From Eledone cirrhosa (lineage: Eukaryota): a stretch of DNA of 64,000 nucleotides. A program made the position numbers and the translations under genes. The stretch is from assembly GCA_964016885.1 (NCBI GenBank), contig OZ024743.1, positions 321,098,001 through 321,162,000 on the forward strand, written 5' to 3'. Positions 29,614-46,619 of the stretch are shown in pieces. Position 1 is the stretch's first letter; the number at the start of each line of letters is the position of its first letter. The notes beneath the pieces are model-generated. The model made no database searches. It saw only the letters and a program-made list of their open reading frames with translations, and was not told where the DNA came from.

Positions 29614-29840
29614 TATACATACATACACATACATACACATATACATAAACACATACATACACATACATATACATACACACACCATATAAATACGCATACA
29701 CATACACACACACATACATATAGAGACACATACATATACACATATAAATACATAGACATATACACACATACAGACATATATATATATATATACACACATA
29801 CACGCATACATATATATATATATATATACATACATTCACA

Positions 29841-29898
<58 letters not shown>

Positions 29899-30973
29899 AG
29901 ATCAAAAGATGGTTAAAGGAGTTCCATATATTTTATTATGCGCATTTCAAAAACAAACATCATCAAGCAATAATATTTGTGTTTTCATCAGATAAAACAG
30001 GAGAACATGATATGAAGGCTAAAAAACACTTGTTGATAGTGCAGTTTTAAATCAACATATGAAAAGTGGTTTTAGATTGATGTGTGATATTGGGAAAAAT
30101 ATTTTATTTAGAGAGGGGGAGGGGAAAGGATGAGAAGGGAAGGAGATGAGAGGGAGAGATGGGTGATAGAGAGAAAGAGATAGTTTTTATAACTGAGAGG
30201 AGATATATTTTTTATATAGAGAGGTTGAAAACCGTTGGAAGATATTGTATAAATTAAAAATTTTGAAAATTAACGAAGGGGGGATATGTGCGAGGAAAAA
30301 ATATTTTATTTAGGGAGGGGGGGGGGATGAAAAAAAGGGGGAGGAGATGAGAGTGAAGGTGGAGAGGGAGAGATGGGTGATAGAGAGAAAGAGATAGTTT
30401 TTATAACTGAGAAAAAGATATATTGTTTTAATATAGAGAGGTTGGGAACCGTTGGAAGATAATGTATAAATTAAAGGAATTTGAAAATTAACGAAGGGAA
30501 ATTAAGTATGAAGATAGAGAGAAAAAAATAATAATTGTGGGTGAATATTCTAACGTCAAAAGAAGAAATGTATGTATTGTCTCAATTTCAAAATTAGCAA
30601 AGAGAGAAATGTTAAGGTTTATGTGTAGAAGGTTTTGAGAAAAATAATGTGAAGTTAAAGTTTGTATATTGAATTCATATGTATTAATAATGAGTTCGTT
30701 GATGGGGAGAAAAAAATAATAATAAATTAAGGATGAAATTGAGATTAAAAAGATTTATGATAGAGAGAAAAAAATAATAATGATTGCGGATGAATATTCA
30801 AAATGTCAAAAACAAATGTTATTGTTTTACGAGAAGATAGAATGAGGGTAATGAGTAAACGAGTATTATAGAGTGTATAATGCCCTTTAAAGTAATGTAG
30901 ATGGGTATATTTTAAAGAGGTGTATGTATATGTGCCTTTGAGAAAAGATTCTAAATTGATAAAGAATTGAATA

Positions 30974-33436
30974 TTAACTGTATACTTTGTGAAAAGTTCT
31001 ATGGAATTTATGCAGGCAGATAGAAAACAAATCTGAGCGTCTATTTATTATGGATTCTAGGTTACAGATAATGGTAAATTTTTCATTTAGGCAGAGATTA
31101 CAGATTTTAGATAGAGAGCTGTTCAAGTATGAGGATGCAGAAGAAATCTTTTTCCAAAAGATGCTATATTTAATGTTTTTGTCTTTTAAGGACCATATGA
31201 GTTCTGAGAGAGCAGTGTTAGTTCTTTTAAGTTTGTATTTGAAAGATGAATGATGATTATAGAGACGAGCTTTAAAAGAGGTGGAAGTGGAGCCAAAATA
31301 GGTGAAGGAATTGGTGCTAGTTATAATTTTACATTCATAAATTAAGTTTTTATCGAGGCAATGGTTGTTGAGAGGACATTTATTTTTAATGCGGCAGTTG
31401 CAATTAGAGAGATTATTAATGAGTGATCTAGTGTTATCTATAGAAGGAATTGGATTGGAGAAGTTGTTTGCGATAGGAATAATAGGAATAATAGTTTCTT
31501 GATTTAGAGTTGGATTATGAACATTTAGCGAAGTTGTGTTTGACGTTGTATTTGGGTTTACAGAAGTTAGCCTAGGGTTTACAATGACGTCGGGAGTACT
31601 ATTACTGTTATTATGAAATTCAATATTGGAAGGAAGAGATTTAGTATTTAATATTTTGTTGTTGTGTTTAGAGATGATGTTGGAAATATTGGAGGATGTA
31701 GAATACGAAAATTTGATGGTGTGTTTGTTAAATATTTTACTATAGATATGTGAGGGAGGGAAGCATTTATTTAAGGCACTAAAAAAGAATTTAGGAATAT
31801 TGTTATTAATAGAGATGGAGAAAGGAGCATTATACCAGATTATGTTTTTGTATCTAGGTCTTTTATTAAAATTATTGGAATGGTTATGATTAATTATTCT
31901 ACTGTAAGTTTTCCTAGAATTTGTTTCTTTATTATATTTGATTTTATCTGGATAGCCGGCTTTAGAAAGTGCGTTATTATAGTAATTGGCGTTAGCATCA
32001 AAGATGTTTTTATTAGAAGATATGTTAGATATTCTATTTCCAATATTATTAACTATAGCATTCTTGATATTGGTAGGATGGTTAGATTCAAAGTTAACAT
32101 AATTAAGATTCTCATTGTTTTTATGGTAAGGGTAATATAGGCCAGTGTCAAGATTAAGAGATACATCCAAGAAATTAGCTAGTTTGATACTATTATCAAA
32201 TTCAATTTTTAGGTTATGTTGGTTAAAGAGATTACGTATATTGTTCTTAATAATATTAAGTTTAACTATATTGCAATTTAGGATAGTAAAGAGTCCATCG
32301 TCACGATAAATTCCACCGCGAAGTTGAGGAATTTTCCGACTCAAAGAGTTCAAAATGAAGATACCAATTAAATCAGTCAATTAGGATGAATCGGATGCTC
32401 CCATTGTGATGTCGAAGTTGTTAGAGGTATCGGCTCTGGTCCAATATTCGTTGTTGAACTCTAGGATGGTTTTACGTGCGGTGAGGATGATGTGAAGTTC
32501 ATCTGTGGTGATGTCAGAATATTTAAGTGCGAAAGATAGAGCATTATTGAGAAGTGAAGGCGAAATGGAGGAATAGTAGCTGGCAATATCGAATTGGATA
32601 AATTTTAGTTTGTTTTAATTATCCAATTTGTTGAACCAGCCAATCACTTCAGAAGTACCAAACCATAAATTTAGGTTTAAAGAAGAGCAATTAGAACTAA
32701 CCTGTGGGATAATCCTATCCAAGATGGCTTTACTAACAACCCCCAGATCAGATTTAGAGGGGGCGATTAATCTAACAGGTAGTTCAGTGCGAAAATTGTT
32801 TTTGTGATCCTTGAGATTTATCCTCGGAGTTCTTGGGAGGAATGGTTCGGTCTTTTTTTCAATGCCAAGTTTTGACATAATCTCATAGGCTTCAAGGTTT
32901 ATGCATTCTAAATTTTCATGGTTGGTTTTACGATACTTTTTCCTAAGTTCCTTTAGGATAAGGTTGTTATAATTATCCTTGGAAATACCATATAGGTTAT
33001 TGGTTTTGTCAGAGTGGACTAAAACATTTTTTGAGGAATTTAGGTTAGAGATTGTGTTCTTGAGATTTACAAGGTGCTCTTGTCCTTTGTAAGGGTATCT
33101 CTTGAATTTAAGATTTTTTATTATTTTAGTTAATTCTTCCTCGAATTGTGCTAGATTTTTGTTGGAAGGAGGATTTCGTCTAGAATTAAAAAGATGATCG
33201 AGGAAGTTGTGTTTTTTGGTATGAAAGTTCCCTTTTAGGCGCTGGTCATAGAAATAGGCTGTCCATCTAAGTCTTCTTACGAAGGAGTCAGTTTTTTCAA
33301 TAAGAAGTTTGGTGAATTCAGATTTACCAGGTATAGGAATGTCTTTAGTTGAATTGGTTATGTTGTAATAATCCATGTTGTAGAAGAAGAGGTGAAGGAC
33401 CATCAAAAGGTATCCAATATGAGAGTAAGCGCTCAA
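30974..33436 (-). pseudogene. PLE polyprotein (~800 aa, RT + GIY-YIG) with two in-frame stops
   Basis: One frame throughout: RLIAPSK, FDIASYYSSI, MGASDSS*LTDLIG, YRDDG, NFLDV, CNCRIKNKCP, LIYECKI..YFGST, CNLCLNEK. TAA at ~32615 and ~32381. Confidence 0.92.
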
Positions 33437-33765
33437 CCGTTAAGGAGAAAGTTAATGTAGGAGGTGAGTTTTATTGTAGTACAATAAAGCAATGCAGATA
33501 TCGGATAAGAAGCACTCTACAGTTTGTGGGACTGGAGTATGCATAATATAAGATCAAAAGATGGTTAAAGGAGTTCCATATATTTTATTATGCGCATTTC
33601 AAAAACAAACATCATCAAGCAATAATATTTGTGTTTTCATCAGATAAAACAGGAGAACATGATATGAAGGCTAAAAAACACTTGTTGATAGTGCAGTTTT
33701 AAATATGTTGATTTAAAACTGCACTATCAACAAGTGTTTTTTAGCCTTCATATCATGTTCACCTG

Positions 33766-33832
33766 TTTTATCTGATGAAAACACAAATATTATTGCTTGA
33801 TGATGTTTGTTTTTGAAATGCGCATAATAAAA
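33766..33832 (+). ncRNA. Hammerhead ribozyme, family G (minus copies 29931-29997, 33583-33649)
   Basis: ttttat-CTGATGA-(aaaca...tgtttt)-GAAAT-gcgc-ATA-ataaaa; palindromic atgcgcat. Confidence 0.82.
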
Positions 33833-33953
33833 TATATGGAACTCCTTTAACCATCATTTGATCTTATATTATGCATACTCCAGTCCCACAAACTGTAGAG
33901 TGCTTCTTATCCGATATCTGCATTGCTTTATTGTACTACAATAAAACTCACCT

Positions 33954-34020
<67 letters not shown>

Positions 34021-34074
34021 CTAGACACATATAAACACACTCATGTATATACACACATACACATACATACCCAC

Positions 34075-34201
<127 letters not shown>

Positions 34202-34317
34202 TACACACACACATATATATATGTATATATACACACACATACATACACACACATACACATACACATATATAAAGATATATATACACACACACACACACAC
34301 ATATATAATATAAATAA

Positions 34318-34410
<93 letters not shown>

Positions 34411-34652
34411 TATATACTCACACACACATACACACATACATATACGCATATATACACATACATACATATCCATGTATGCGTATATACATACAAACACCAC
34501 CACACGCTCACACAACTCAGACATACATAAATAAAGGGATATACATACACATATATACATATATAAATAGAGATACATATACACATATAAATATATACAC
34601 ACGTACACACGCAAACACACATACATATATATACACACACATACACATATAC

Positions 34653-34683
<31 letters not shown>

Positions 34684-34933
34684 CATATATATACACATAT
34701 ATACATATACACATACATACACATACACACATATATACATATATATAAAAAAATAAAGAAATAAAATAATGAAATAAAATAAATAAATAAATAAATTAAT
34801 ACACTCAGTCAGACAAATATGCACACACATACACATACATATATATATATACACATACACACACATATATATACACACATATATATATATATACACATAC
34901 ATACATATATATATACACATACACACATCAACT

Positions 34934-34980
<47 letters not shown>

Positions 34981-35135
34981 TACATATATATACACACACA
35001 CACTCACATATACATGCGCACATACGTACATATATACACATACACACATATACACATAGACATATACATGTGCATACATATACATACACTCATATACCCA
35101 CATAAATATATAGATACATATATATATACACACAC

Positions 35136-35194
<59 letters not shown>

Positions 35195-35856
35195 ATCATA
35201 CACCCTTATTTACATGCGCACTTATGTATTTTTATACTCACATACAAACACCCAAACATACATACCTACCTATATATACATACATACATCCACGTTTACA
35301 AATACAAATAATAATAGTAGGGGGGAGGGGGGGGGATTATAGTAAATATAGGTTTCAAGAAACATAGAATATTAATCTGTATTTAGATCATAATATGCGT
35401 TTACATAGTAGTTTCAGTATTAGGAAATGTAAGAAAGAAGGCAAAATTATGCATTTCAATATAAGTATACCATTAATTATAGGTTAACTAAATTAAAGAT
35501 AGTTAATATATTGATTTCTAAGGTGTATACTACTTAGGTTTATAATATTTGAAGCGGAATTTTGAAGTTAAATAGTAGTAGGGTATTAATTATAGTATAA
35601 CTAAATTAAAATTATTAACGTTATGGTATCAATATTAGGAAATGAATTTAGTAATAGGGAAAAAACAAATAAAGTATTACATCGGTAGTAGAATATAAAT
35701 TATAGGTTAACGAAATTAAAAATTATATATTAATTTCTATAGTATATGTTAATTAGGTTTATAATAATTAAAACAGATATTGTATTTTATCCATAGTAGA
35801 ATATAATTATAGGTAAACAGAAATTAAAATTAATACATACACACATACATATACAC

Positions 35857-35889
<33 letters not shown>

Positions 35890-36003
35890 CACATATATAC
35901 ACATACATATACATATTTTTTCAAAAATTGCAAAGAATATATTAACTAGGTATACATCCAAAACCTATCTCAGTCTATGATTACATGACACTCTGCAATC
36001 CAT

Positions 36004-36552
36004 CTGTATAACATAAAACAAAATATAAGTGCCTATAATGCATATAAATGTAAGAATACCATAAGTATACCACCAATACATCAAACTAACCATAATATCT
36101 CCTCAAATACAGAATTAACGAAAGGTTGTAACTGTAGAAACAAAGCAAACTGCCCATTAAAAGGAAATTGTCTTGTTAACAACATAGTTTATAAATGTAA
36201 TGTTAAAACTAAAAATTCTATTTGTTCATATATAGGAGCTACTTCTAACAATTTTAAGGCAAGGTTTAATACCCACAAACATAGTTTTAAAAATGCCGCA
36301 CTGGCTAATACAACATCTCTAGCAGAAAAAATCAATAGTTATAAAAATAAGAATATAGAATATGATATGACCTGGAGTGTGCTCAAAAGAGCCACCCCTT
36401 ATCAAAATAATAGAAATGAATGTAGATTATGTTCCCAAGAACTATTTGAAATAATGAAATCTAAGGATATCCTATTAAATAAACGACAGGAATTAATTAT
36501 ATCGTGTAATCATAAACTAAGAAAAACATTTAAATATTATAAACCTAATTAA
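36004..36552 (+). pseudogene. 5'-truncated but uninterrupted GIY-YIG endonuclease frame of a Hydra-like PLE
   Basis: In frame upstream of the 61-aa ORF: CNCRNKANCPLKGNCLVNNIVYKCNV..YIGATSNNFKARFNTH..CRLCSQE..SCNH. Confidence 0.88.
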
Positions 36553-37040
36553 TAACATTATACTAGAAATTAATATATATTTTAATTTAAATGTTAGTTA
36601 ACCTATAAATTTAATTTAATTAAAATTCTACTACAGATGAGATTATAAAATATTGTGTAATCATAAATTATGAAAAACTTTTAAATATTACTAATATATA
36701 CTTCGTAAATTAATTTATAGATTAATTTTAATTTATTTAACCTTTTATTAAAATTCCTTTACAGATAAAATATAACAAAATATCGTGTATTCAATGACAG
36801 AGAAATAATTTTTAGTATTATAGACCTAATTAATGTACATTTTAGAAATATATTTATAATTTGGTTTTAAATTTGGTTAACCTAAAAACTTAATTTAATT
36901 GGCTTAAAATTAATATCCTAATACAGATGGATTGCAGAGTGTCATGTAATCATAGACTGAGATAGGTTTTGGATGTATACCTAGTTAATATATTCTTTGC
37001 AATTTTTGAAAAAATATGTATATGTATGTGTATATATGTG

Positions 37041-37073
<33 letters not shown>

Positions 37074-37751
37074 GTGTATATGTATGTGTGTATGTATTAA
37101 TTTTAATTTCTGTTTACCTATAATTATATTCTACTATGGATAAAATACAATATCTGTTTTAATTATTATAAACCTAATTAACATATACTATAGAAATTAA
37201 TATATAATTTTTAATTTCGTTAACCTATAATTTATATTCTACTACCGATGTAATACTTTATTTGTTTTTTCCCTATTACTAAATTCATTTCCTAATATTG
37301 ATACCATAACGTTAATAATTTTAATTTAGTTATACTATAATTAATACCCTACTACTATTTAACTTCAAAATTCCGCTTCAAATATTATAAACCTAAGTAG
37401 TATACACCTTAGAAATCAATATATTAACTATCTTTAATTTAGTTAACCTATAATTAATGGTATACTTATATTGAAATGCATAATTTTGCCTTCTTTCTTA
37501 CATTTCCTAATACTGAAACTACTATGTAAACGCATATTATGATCTAAATACAGATTAATATTCTATGTTTCTTGAAACCTATATTTACTATAATGCCCCC
37601 CCCCCCTCCCCCTTACCCCCCCCCCCTACTATTATTATTTGTATTTGTAAACGTGGATGTATGTATGTATATATAGGTAGGTATGTATGTTTGGGTGTTT
37701 GTATGTGAGTATAAAAATACATAAGTGCGCATGTAAATAAGGGTGTATGAT

Positions 37752-37836
<85 letters not shown>

Positions 37837-38019
37837 GTGTGTGTATATATATGTGTGAGTATGTGTATCTGTATATATATATATGTATCTATATATTTAT
37901 GTGGGTATATGAGTGTATGTATATGTATGCACATGTATATGTCTATGTGTATATGTGTGTATGTGTATATATGTACGTATGTGCGCATGTATATGTGAGT
38001 GTGTGTGTATATATATGTA

Positions 38020-38050
<31 letters not shown>

Positions 38051-38388
38051 GTAGATAAATCTACCAAGAGTTTACGGTAGTGTCCAATCCGTATGAAGAA
38101 CTCAATGTATTCCGGATATCATGGAAAGAAGAGATGCAATGAAAAACGACTTTCGGTGAAAGATAAACGGTATACAGAGTCAAGATAAAATATTATTTCT
38201 GAAGACGGCGTATATATGTGTTTGGTATGTATATTTAATCTTGATAATTTGTATAATTTTGTATAATTTTGTACATAGATCTGTTGAATATGCATACCAA
38301 TTATAACACATATATATCCTAGAAACGATCGTTAAATAATGAACTTTTTTTGTTTAATATAAGGAATTGTTTGTTCATTATTTGTTTA

Positions 38389-38397
<9 letters not shown>
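38051..38397. mobile_element. Solo family D pseudo-LTR with complete hammerhead (38192-38340) and inverted tail
   Basis: 38051-38194 is the reverse complement of ~40382-40525. Absent from the left arm at ~34950. Confidence 0.85.
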
Positions 38398-38419
<22 letters not shown>

Positions 38420-38673
38420 TTGTAGTTGATGTGTGTATGTGTATATATATATGTATGTATGTGTATATATATATATATGTGTGTATATATATGTGTGTGT
38501 ATGTGTATATATATATATATGTATGTGTATGTGTGTGCATATTTGTCTGACTGAGTGTATTAATTTATTTATTTATTTATTTATTTTATTTCATTATTTT
38601 ATTTCTTTATTTTTTTATATATATGTATATATGTGTGTATGTGTATGTATGTGTATATGTATATATGTGTATA

Positions 38674-38730
<57 letters not shown>

Positions 38731-38972
38731 GTATATGTGTATGTGTGTGTATATATATGTATGTGTGTTTGCGTGTGTACGTGTGTATATATTTATATGT
38801 GTATATGTATCTCTATTTATATATGTATATATGTGTATGTATATCCCTTTATTTATGTATGTCTGAGTTGTGTGAGCGTGTGGTGGTGTTTGTATGTATA
38901 TACGCATACATGGATATGTATGCATGTGTATATATGCGTATATGTATGTGTGTATGTGTGTGTGAGTATATA

Positions 38973-39051
<79 letters not shown>

Positions 39052-39145
39052 TTATATTATATATGTGTGTATGTGTGTGTATATATATCTTTATATATGT
39101 GTATGTGTATGTGTGTGTATATATATATATATATATATGTGTGTA

Positions 39146-39238
<93 letters not shown>

Positions 39239-39445
39239 TGTGAATGTATGTATATATATATATATATATGTATGCGTGTATGTGTGTATATATATATATA
39301 TGTATGTATGTGTGTATATGTCTATGTTTTTATATGTGTATATGTATGTGTCTCTATATGGATGTGTGTGTGTATGTGTATGCGTATTTATATGGTGTGT
39401 GTATGTATATGTATGTGTTTATGTATATGTGTATGTATGTGTATG

Positions 39446-39500
<55 letters not shown>

Positions 39501-39535
39501 GTATGTATATCGATTTATATTTTATATTTTACTTG

Positions 39536-39593
<58 letters not shown>

Positions 39594-40174
39594 CTTGATA
39601 TATTTCTTTTTTATTTTTATTTTCTTTTTATTTCTAAATTTATAGATACATTTATAAATAGGCAGCTTGCTGACACCGGTAAATACTGACCTCTCCCACC
39701 CCCACCTACTTTCTGTATCTGGATCTAAATATGTGTGGCAGTGTTTATGTGCGCGCATTAATGTCCATATGCTTATGATAATAGTATATACACACATATA
39801 TATGTGTGTGGGTGTGTGTGTGTGTATGTATGTTCGTGGTTGTGTGTATGTTTATGCGTATACGCGCGTGTGTGTGTGAATGTATGTATATGTATGAGTA
39901 TATAAAAATGTGTGTGTATATTTGTTTTTATACGTATTTTATCTGTAGATTATAAACATACAGAGACATTAGCCTTGAATTTTTGTATTTACATACATCT
40001 TTTTGGCATGCGTATGCATGTGAACATACATCTTTATGCATATCTGTGAACGAAGTTAATTACATATATACACACACTTAATTGTATAAACTTTTTGTAT
40101 TTTCATTGGTCAATTTGAATTCTGTTCCCAAACAGACCTGTAATTTTGAATTGTGTTATTATCAATAAATATAT

Positions 40175-40328
40175 TTCATTATTTCTGAAGACGGCATATA
40201 TATGTGTTGGTATGTATATTTAATTTTGATAGTTTGTATAATTTTGTATAATTTTGTGCATAGATCTGTTGAATATGCATGCCAATTCTAACACATATAT
40301 ATCCTAGAAACGATCGTTAAATAATGAA
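40175..40328 (+). ncRNA. Hammerhead ribozyme, family D, with ~115-nt stem II (minus copy 28742-28895)
   Basis: ttcattattt-CTGAAGA-[115 nt]-GAAAC-gatc-GTT-aaataatgaa; 10-bp stem I. Confidence 0.85.
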
Positions 40329-40521
40329 CTTTTTTTGTTCAATATAAGGAACTGTTTCATTGTTTTATTAATTATTTTTTAATATTTTATCTTGACTCTG
40401 TATTCCGTTTATCTTTCACCGAAAGTGATATTTCATTGCATCTCTTCTTTCCATGATATCCGGATTACATTGAGTTCTTCATACGGATTGGACACTACCG
40501 TAAACTCTTGGTAGATTTATC

Positions 40522-43340
<2,819 letters not shown>

Positions 43341-43359
43341 ATAGTTTTAATATAGATGA

Positions 43360-43408
43360 GATTCTACAGGACTAGAATTGTTTCATTCTTTAGAAATCAT
43401 CAGGAATC
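43360..43408 (-). ncRNA. Isolated hammerhead related to family A in a ~70-bp insert
   Basis: gattc-CTGATGA-t-ttct-aa-agaa-t-GAAAC-aattctagtcct-GTA-gaatc. Confidence 0.72.
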
Positions 43409-43411
43409 ACG

Positions 43412-43471
<60 letters not shown>

Positions 43472-43473
<2 letters not shown>

Positions 43474-44327
43474 TAAGGTAATGAATTATTTTACAATGGA
43501 ATTAGCTCGAAGGAGGAAAATACCCCTGAGCCGTGTATAAACTAATATATATGTGATGAAACACTTATTTATCTCGAAACATATTTGGATGTTAAAGTTT
43601 AAACTTATCTACGGAACAGGTTTGATTTTGAAATTTAAATGTGTCTAAACATCATAGCCTTTTGGCAATGCAGTTCGTCTTTGTTGATTTATTATTTTAC
43701 ATCGATATGGACAAACTGTAGTATAATATTTAGTATACTTCAATCTGGCTAAATTTTCTTTTGCAATATATATATACAGATGTGTTGGTATCTGTGTTTC
43801 ATCACATATATATTAGTTTATACATGGCTCAGGGGTATTTTCCTCCTTCGAGCTAATTCCATTGTAAAAGAATTCATTACCTTATTAATATAACTGCTCC
43901 TAGTCTGAGCTGAAAGCCGCCTCATATATACGACTGTTATTTCTAGCAGTACGGTTATGAGACTAGCTAGATACTGTTAAACCATGTGCGTCACACAGTC
44001 TTTTAAATTATTTAGAAGTGAAGCATATCAATTTGTCCCTGGGTGTTTACTGAGGAGAGCAGGACATGATATTCCTACACTTATTTATCTCGAAACATAT
44101 TTGTATTTTAAATTTTAAACTTATCTACGGAACAGGTTTGATTTTGAAATTTAAATGTGTCTAAACATCATAGCCTTTTGGCAATGCAGTTCGTCTTTGT
44201 TGATTTATTATTTTAAATCGATATGGACAAACTGTAGTATAATAATTAGTATACTTCAATCTGGCTAAATTTTCTTTTGCAATATATATACAGATGTGTT
44301 GGTATCTGTGTTTCATCACATATATAT

Positions 44328-44335
<8 letters not shown>
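43472..44335 (+). mobile_element. Non-coding tandem/inverted element (~515-bp unit) with putative hammerhead at ~44045-44120
   Basis: 43562-43820 is repeated at 44077-44335. 43472-43565 is the reverse complement of ~43790-43890. Motif gttta-CTGAGGA-gag..ctc-GAAAC..taaac. Confidence 0.7.
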
Positions 44336-44359
<24 letters not shown>

Positions 44360-44386
44360 GCATGTATATCAATATATATATATATA

Positions 44387-44436
<50 letters not shown>

Positions 44437-44511
44437 TATCAATATATATATACTTATACATATATATATGCACATATATATCAATATATATATATATATA
44501 CTTATATATAT

Positions 44512-46113
44512 AGAAAGGATGAATATAAAATGAAAGTGCTTTTGTTAAAAAAGGAATTTATTAGGTATTGACATATGTTTCTGTAACAGACCGAATACCT
44601 ATGTATCGCTGCTTGCGTAATCATATAATGTTAGCAAGTATTCGATAGCAAATGTATAATAAGTTGTCACTTCTTCAGAGATTTTGGATAAACTGGATAA
44701 AATCAGAAAAATTGAAGTATTTATATTAGTAAAAGAGGAAGGAACAGAGGGGATAGAATATGACAGATGGTAAAATAATTTACTGCTAAACAAGTATATA
44801 ATGGGTTTTTAATGAGAATACCATGAGTAAATCTAAATAAGAATTTTGGGAGTGCCAATTTTAATCTCTACTTGACCAACTGGACAGTGGACAGGGCTGG
44901 TCATTTGGTGCAGTAGTATTAATTATAAAGTGTCAATTGGGGAAGGGGGAGATTTCGATTGCTACTAAATAACATCAATGCTAGTAGTCAGCTGGTATTT
45001 GCACTAGGGAATTGAATCAAGAAATCAGAAATCTCATTTTATCTATAGCAGTTTGTATTAAAAGGTAAATAATAGAAGAGTTGATAGAATTAAGACTAAT
45101 AAAGAATGTTCATATCTATTTTGACAATCAAACGGGGATAGAGACAGGCGTTCAATCCTGGTAGTATTTATAATATGAAAATGTAGATTTTAAGCGATGG
45201 TTACAGTATAACGATCGCTCTATTCTGTTATTTAATAAAATGTTTTTGGATTTCATAATACAAAATAATTCTACATTACATAATTTACAAAATTCCTGTC
45301 CATTGGAATATGGGGGGGGGGGGGGGGGGGCAGCCGCTATTATATCCCATTTTAGGTGAAATTGTTGGTTATTTTCACGCAGCTGCCAAGCCTTGTCTGC
45401 GAGTGTTGTTACATAACGCTGGTTTTCATGTTTTATCGAATAACGATGTCTATAAAGGCGTGATTTGAAGGAGGTGGCTGTAGATCCCACATAGTACCAC
45501 TTCTGTCTATCCGATTCGATAGTACATTTGTATACGATGTTGCGTTCAAGACACTGATTGTTCAACGGACACATTCCTGGTTGGACACAGTTGCAATTAC
45601 AATTTTGCGTTGTTGTATTGCCATGGATGGGTTGATGAGGTTGCTTATGTAGGACAGGATGTTGTTTGTTGTTTTGTGATGTTATAGCTAATGTTTTACG
45701 TGTATTGTTATGTGTTGGAAGGCGTTTATACAACCGTTTTGCGTTAAGCATTTTTATATGTTGTTCAATATTAGGGGCGGTTGAATATGAAAGTCGAATG
45801 GTGTTAGGGTTTAAGATTTTATTATATTTATGTGATGTTGGAAAGTGTTTTCTAACTAATCGAAAGAATTTTGAGGGTAGATTGGTTTTAATAGATTTGT
45901 TATAGACCGGGTTGTACCAGATATACTCCTTACATCGCCTTCTGTTTGGTGGTGTGCGACTATTATTGTGTCTATTGCGGTAGTGTATGTATGGTGGTGA
46001 TTCTGTGCTATTTCTACTCCTATGTGATTTATTTTGGGTGTTTTGGTGATCATTGACTATATACTCTATATTATCTAGGTGACCGGCTTTCCTAAGTGCA
46101 TCATCATAATACT
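44512..46113 (-). mobile_element. 5'-truncated Hydra-like PLE (thumb + GIY-YIG, ORF 45152-45751)
   Basis: WYNPVY..YNKILNPNTIRLSYS, CNCVQPGMCPLNNQCLERNIVYKC..YVGST..CKLCNVE. HHR remnant GAAACatatGTC near 44570. Confidence 0.85.
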
Positions 46114-46135
46114 TATATATATATATATATACATA

Positions 46136-46170
<35 letters not shown>

Positions 46171-46404
46171 ATATATATATATATATACATGAGATATATT
46201 TTAATTATGTCTCATATAAAATAATACAACTGGCTATCCGCAAAATACATATAGTTAGCACCCAAACGTAAAATTGGGATTATACTAAGGTATACCCTAA
46301 TGTTTGTTGAGTGAGATGGAAGCCAGTCAGAGTATAGCTTAAAGCTTTCTATGTTAATGTATTAAATATATAAATATATATATATATATATAAATTTTTT
46401 TTTT

Positions 46405-46507
46405 TAATATTTACTTCTGCGTTCACAGATTGACCTTTTTAGTTTCAGAAGATCCCGTTAAGGGTGAAAGCAGCGATTCTTTGCTTAAACTTTAATCTGT
46501 TATTTTA

Positions 46508-46511
<4 letters not shown>
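46405..46511 (+). mobile_element. Solo pseudo-LTR end carrying the CAGAAGA hammerhead variant
   Basis: Matches ~10893-10995. Confidence 0.78.
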
Positions 46512-46560
<49 letters not shown>

Positions 46561-46619
46561 GACTATTTGAGTTTATAACTCTATATATAATATATGTATA
46601 TGATCTCAGTTGAATATCA

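Larger units (their letters stand above)
29891..33957 (-). mobile_element. Full-length Hydra-like PLE (family G) with direct pseudo-LTRs and an inverted 5' copy
   Basis: pLTR 29891-30052 = 33543-33704; inverted copy 33704-33957. (TA)n on both sides. Confidence 0.93.

Noticed and set aside
36004-36552. Stand-alone homing-type GIY-YIG gene
   Set aside because: No start codon; the frame begins at the inversion breakpoint, so it is a truncated PLE.
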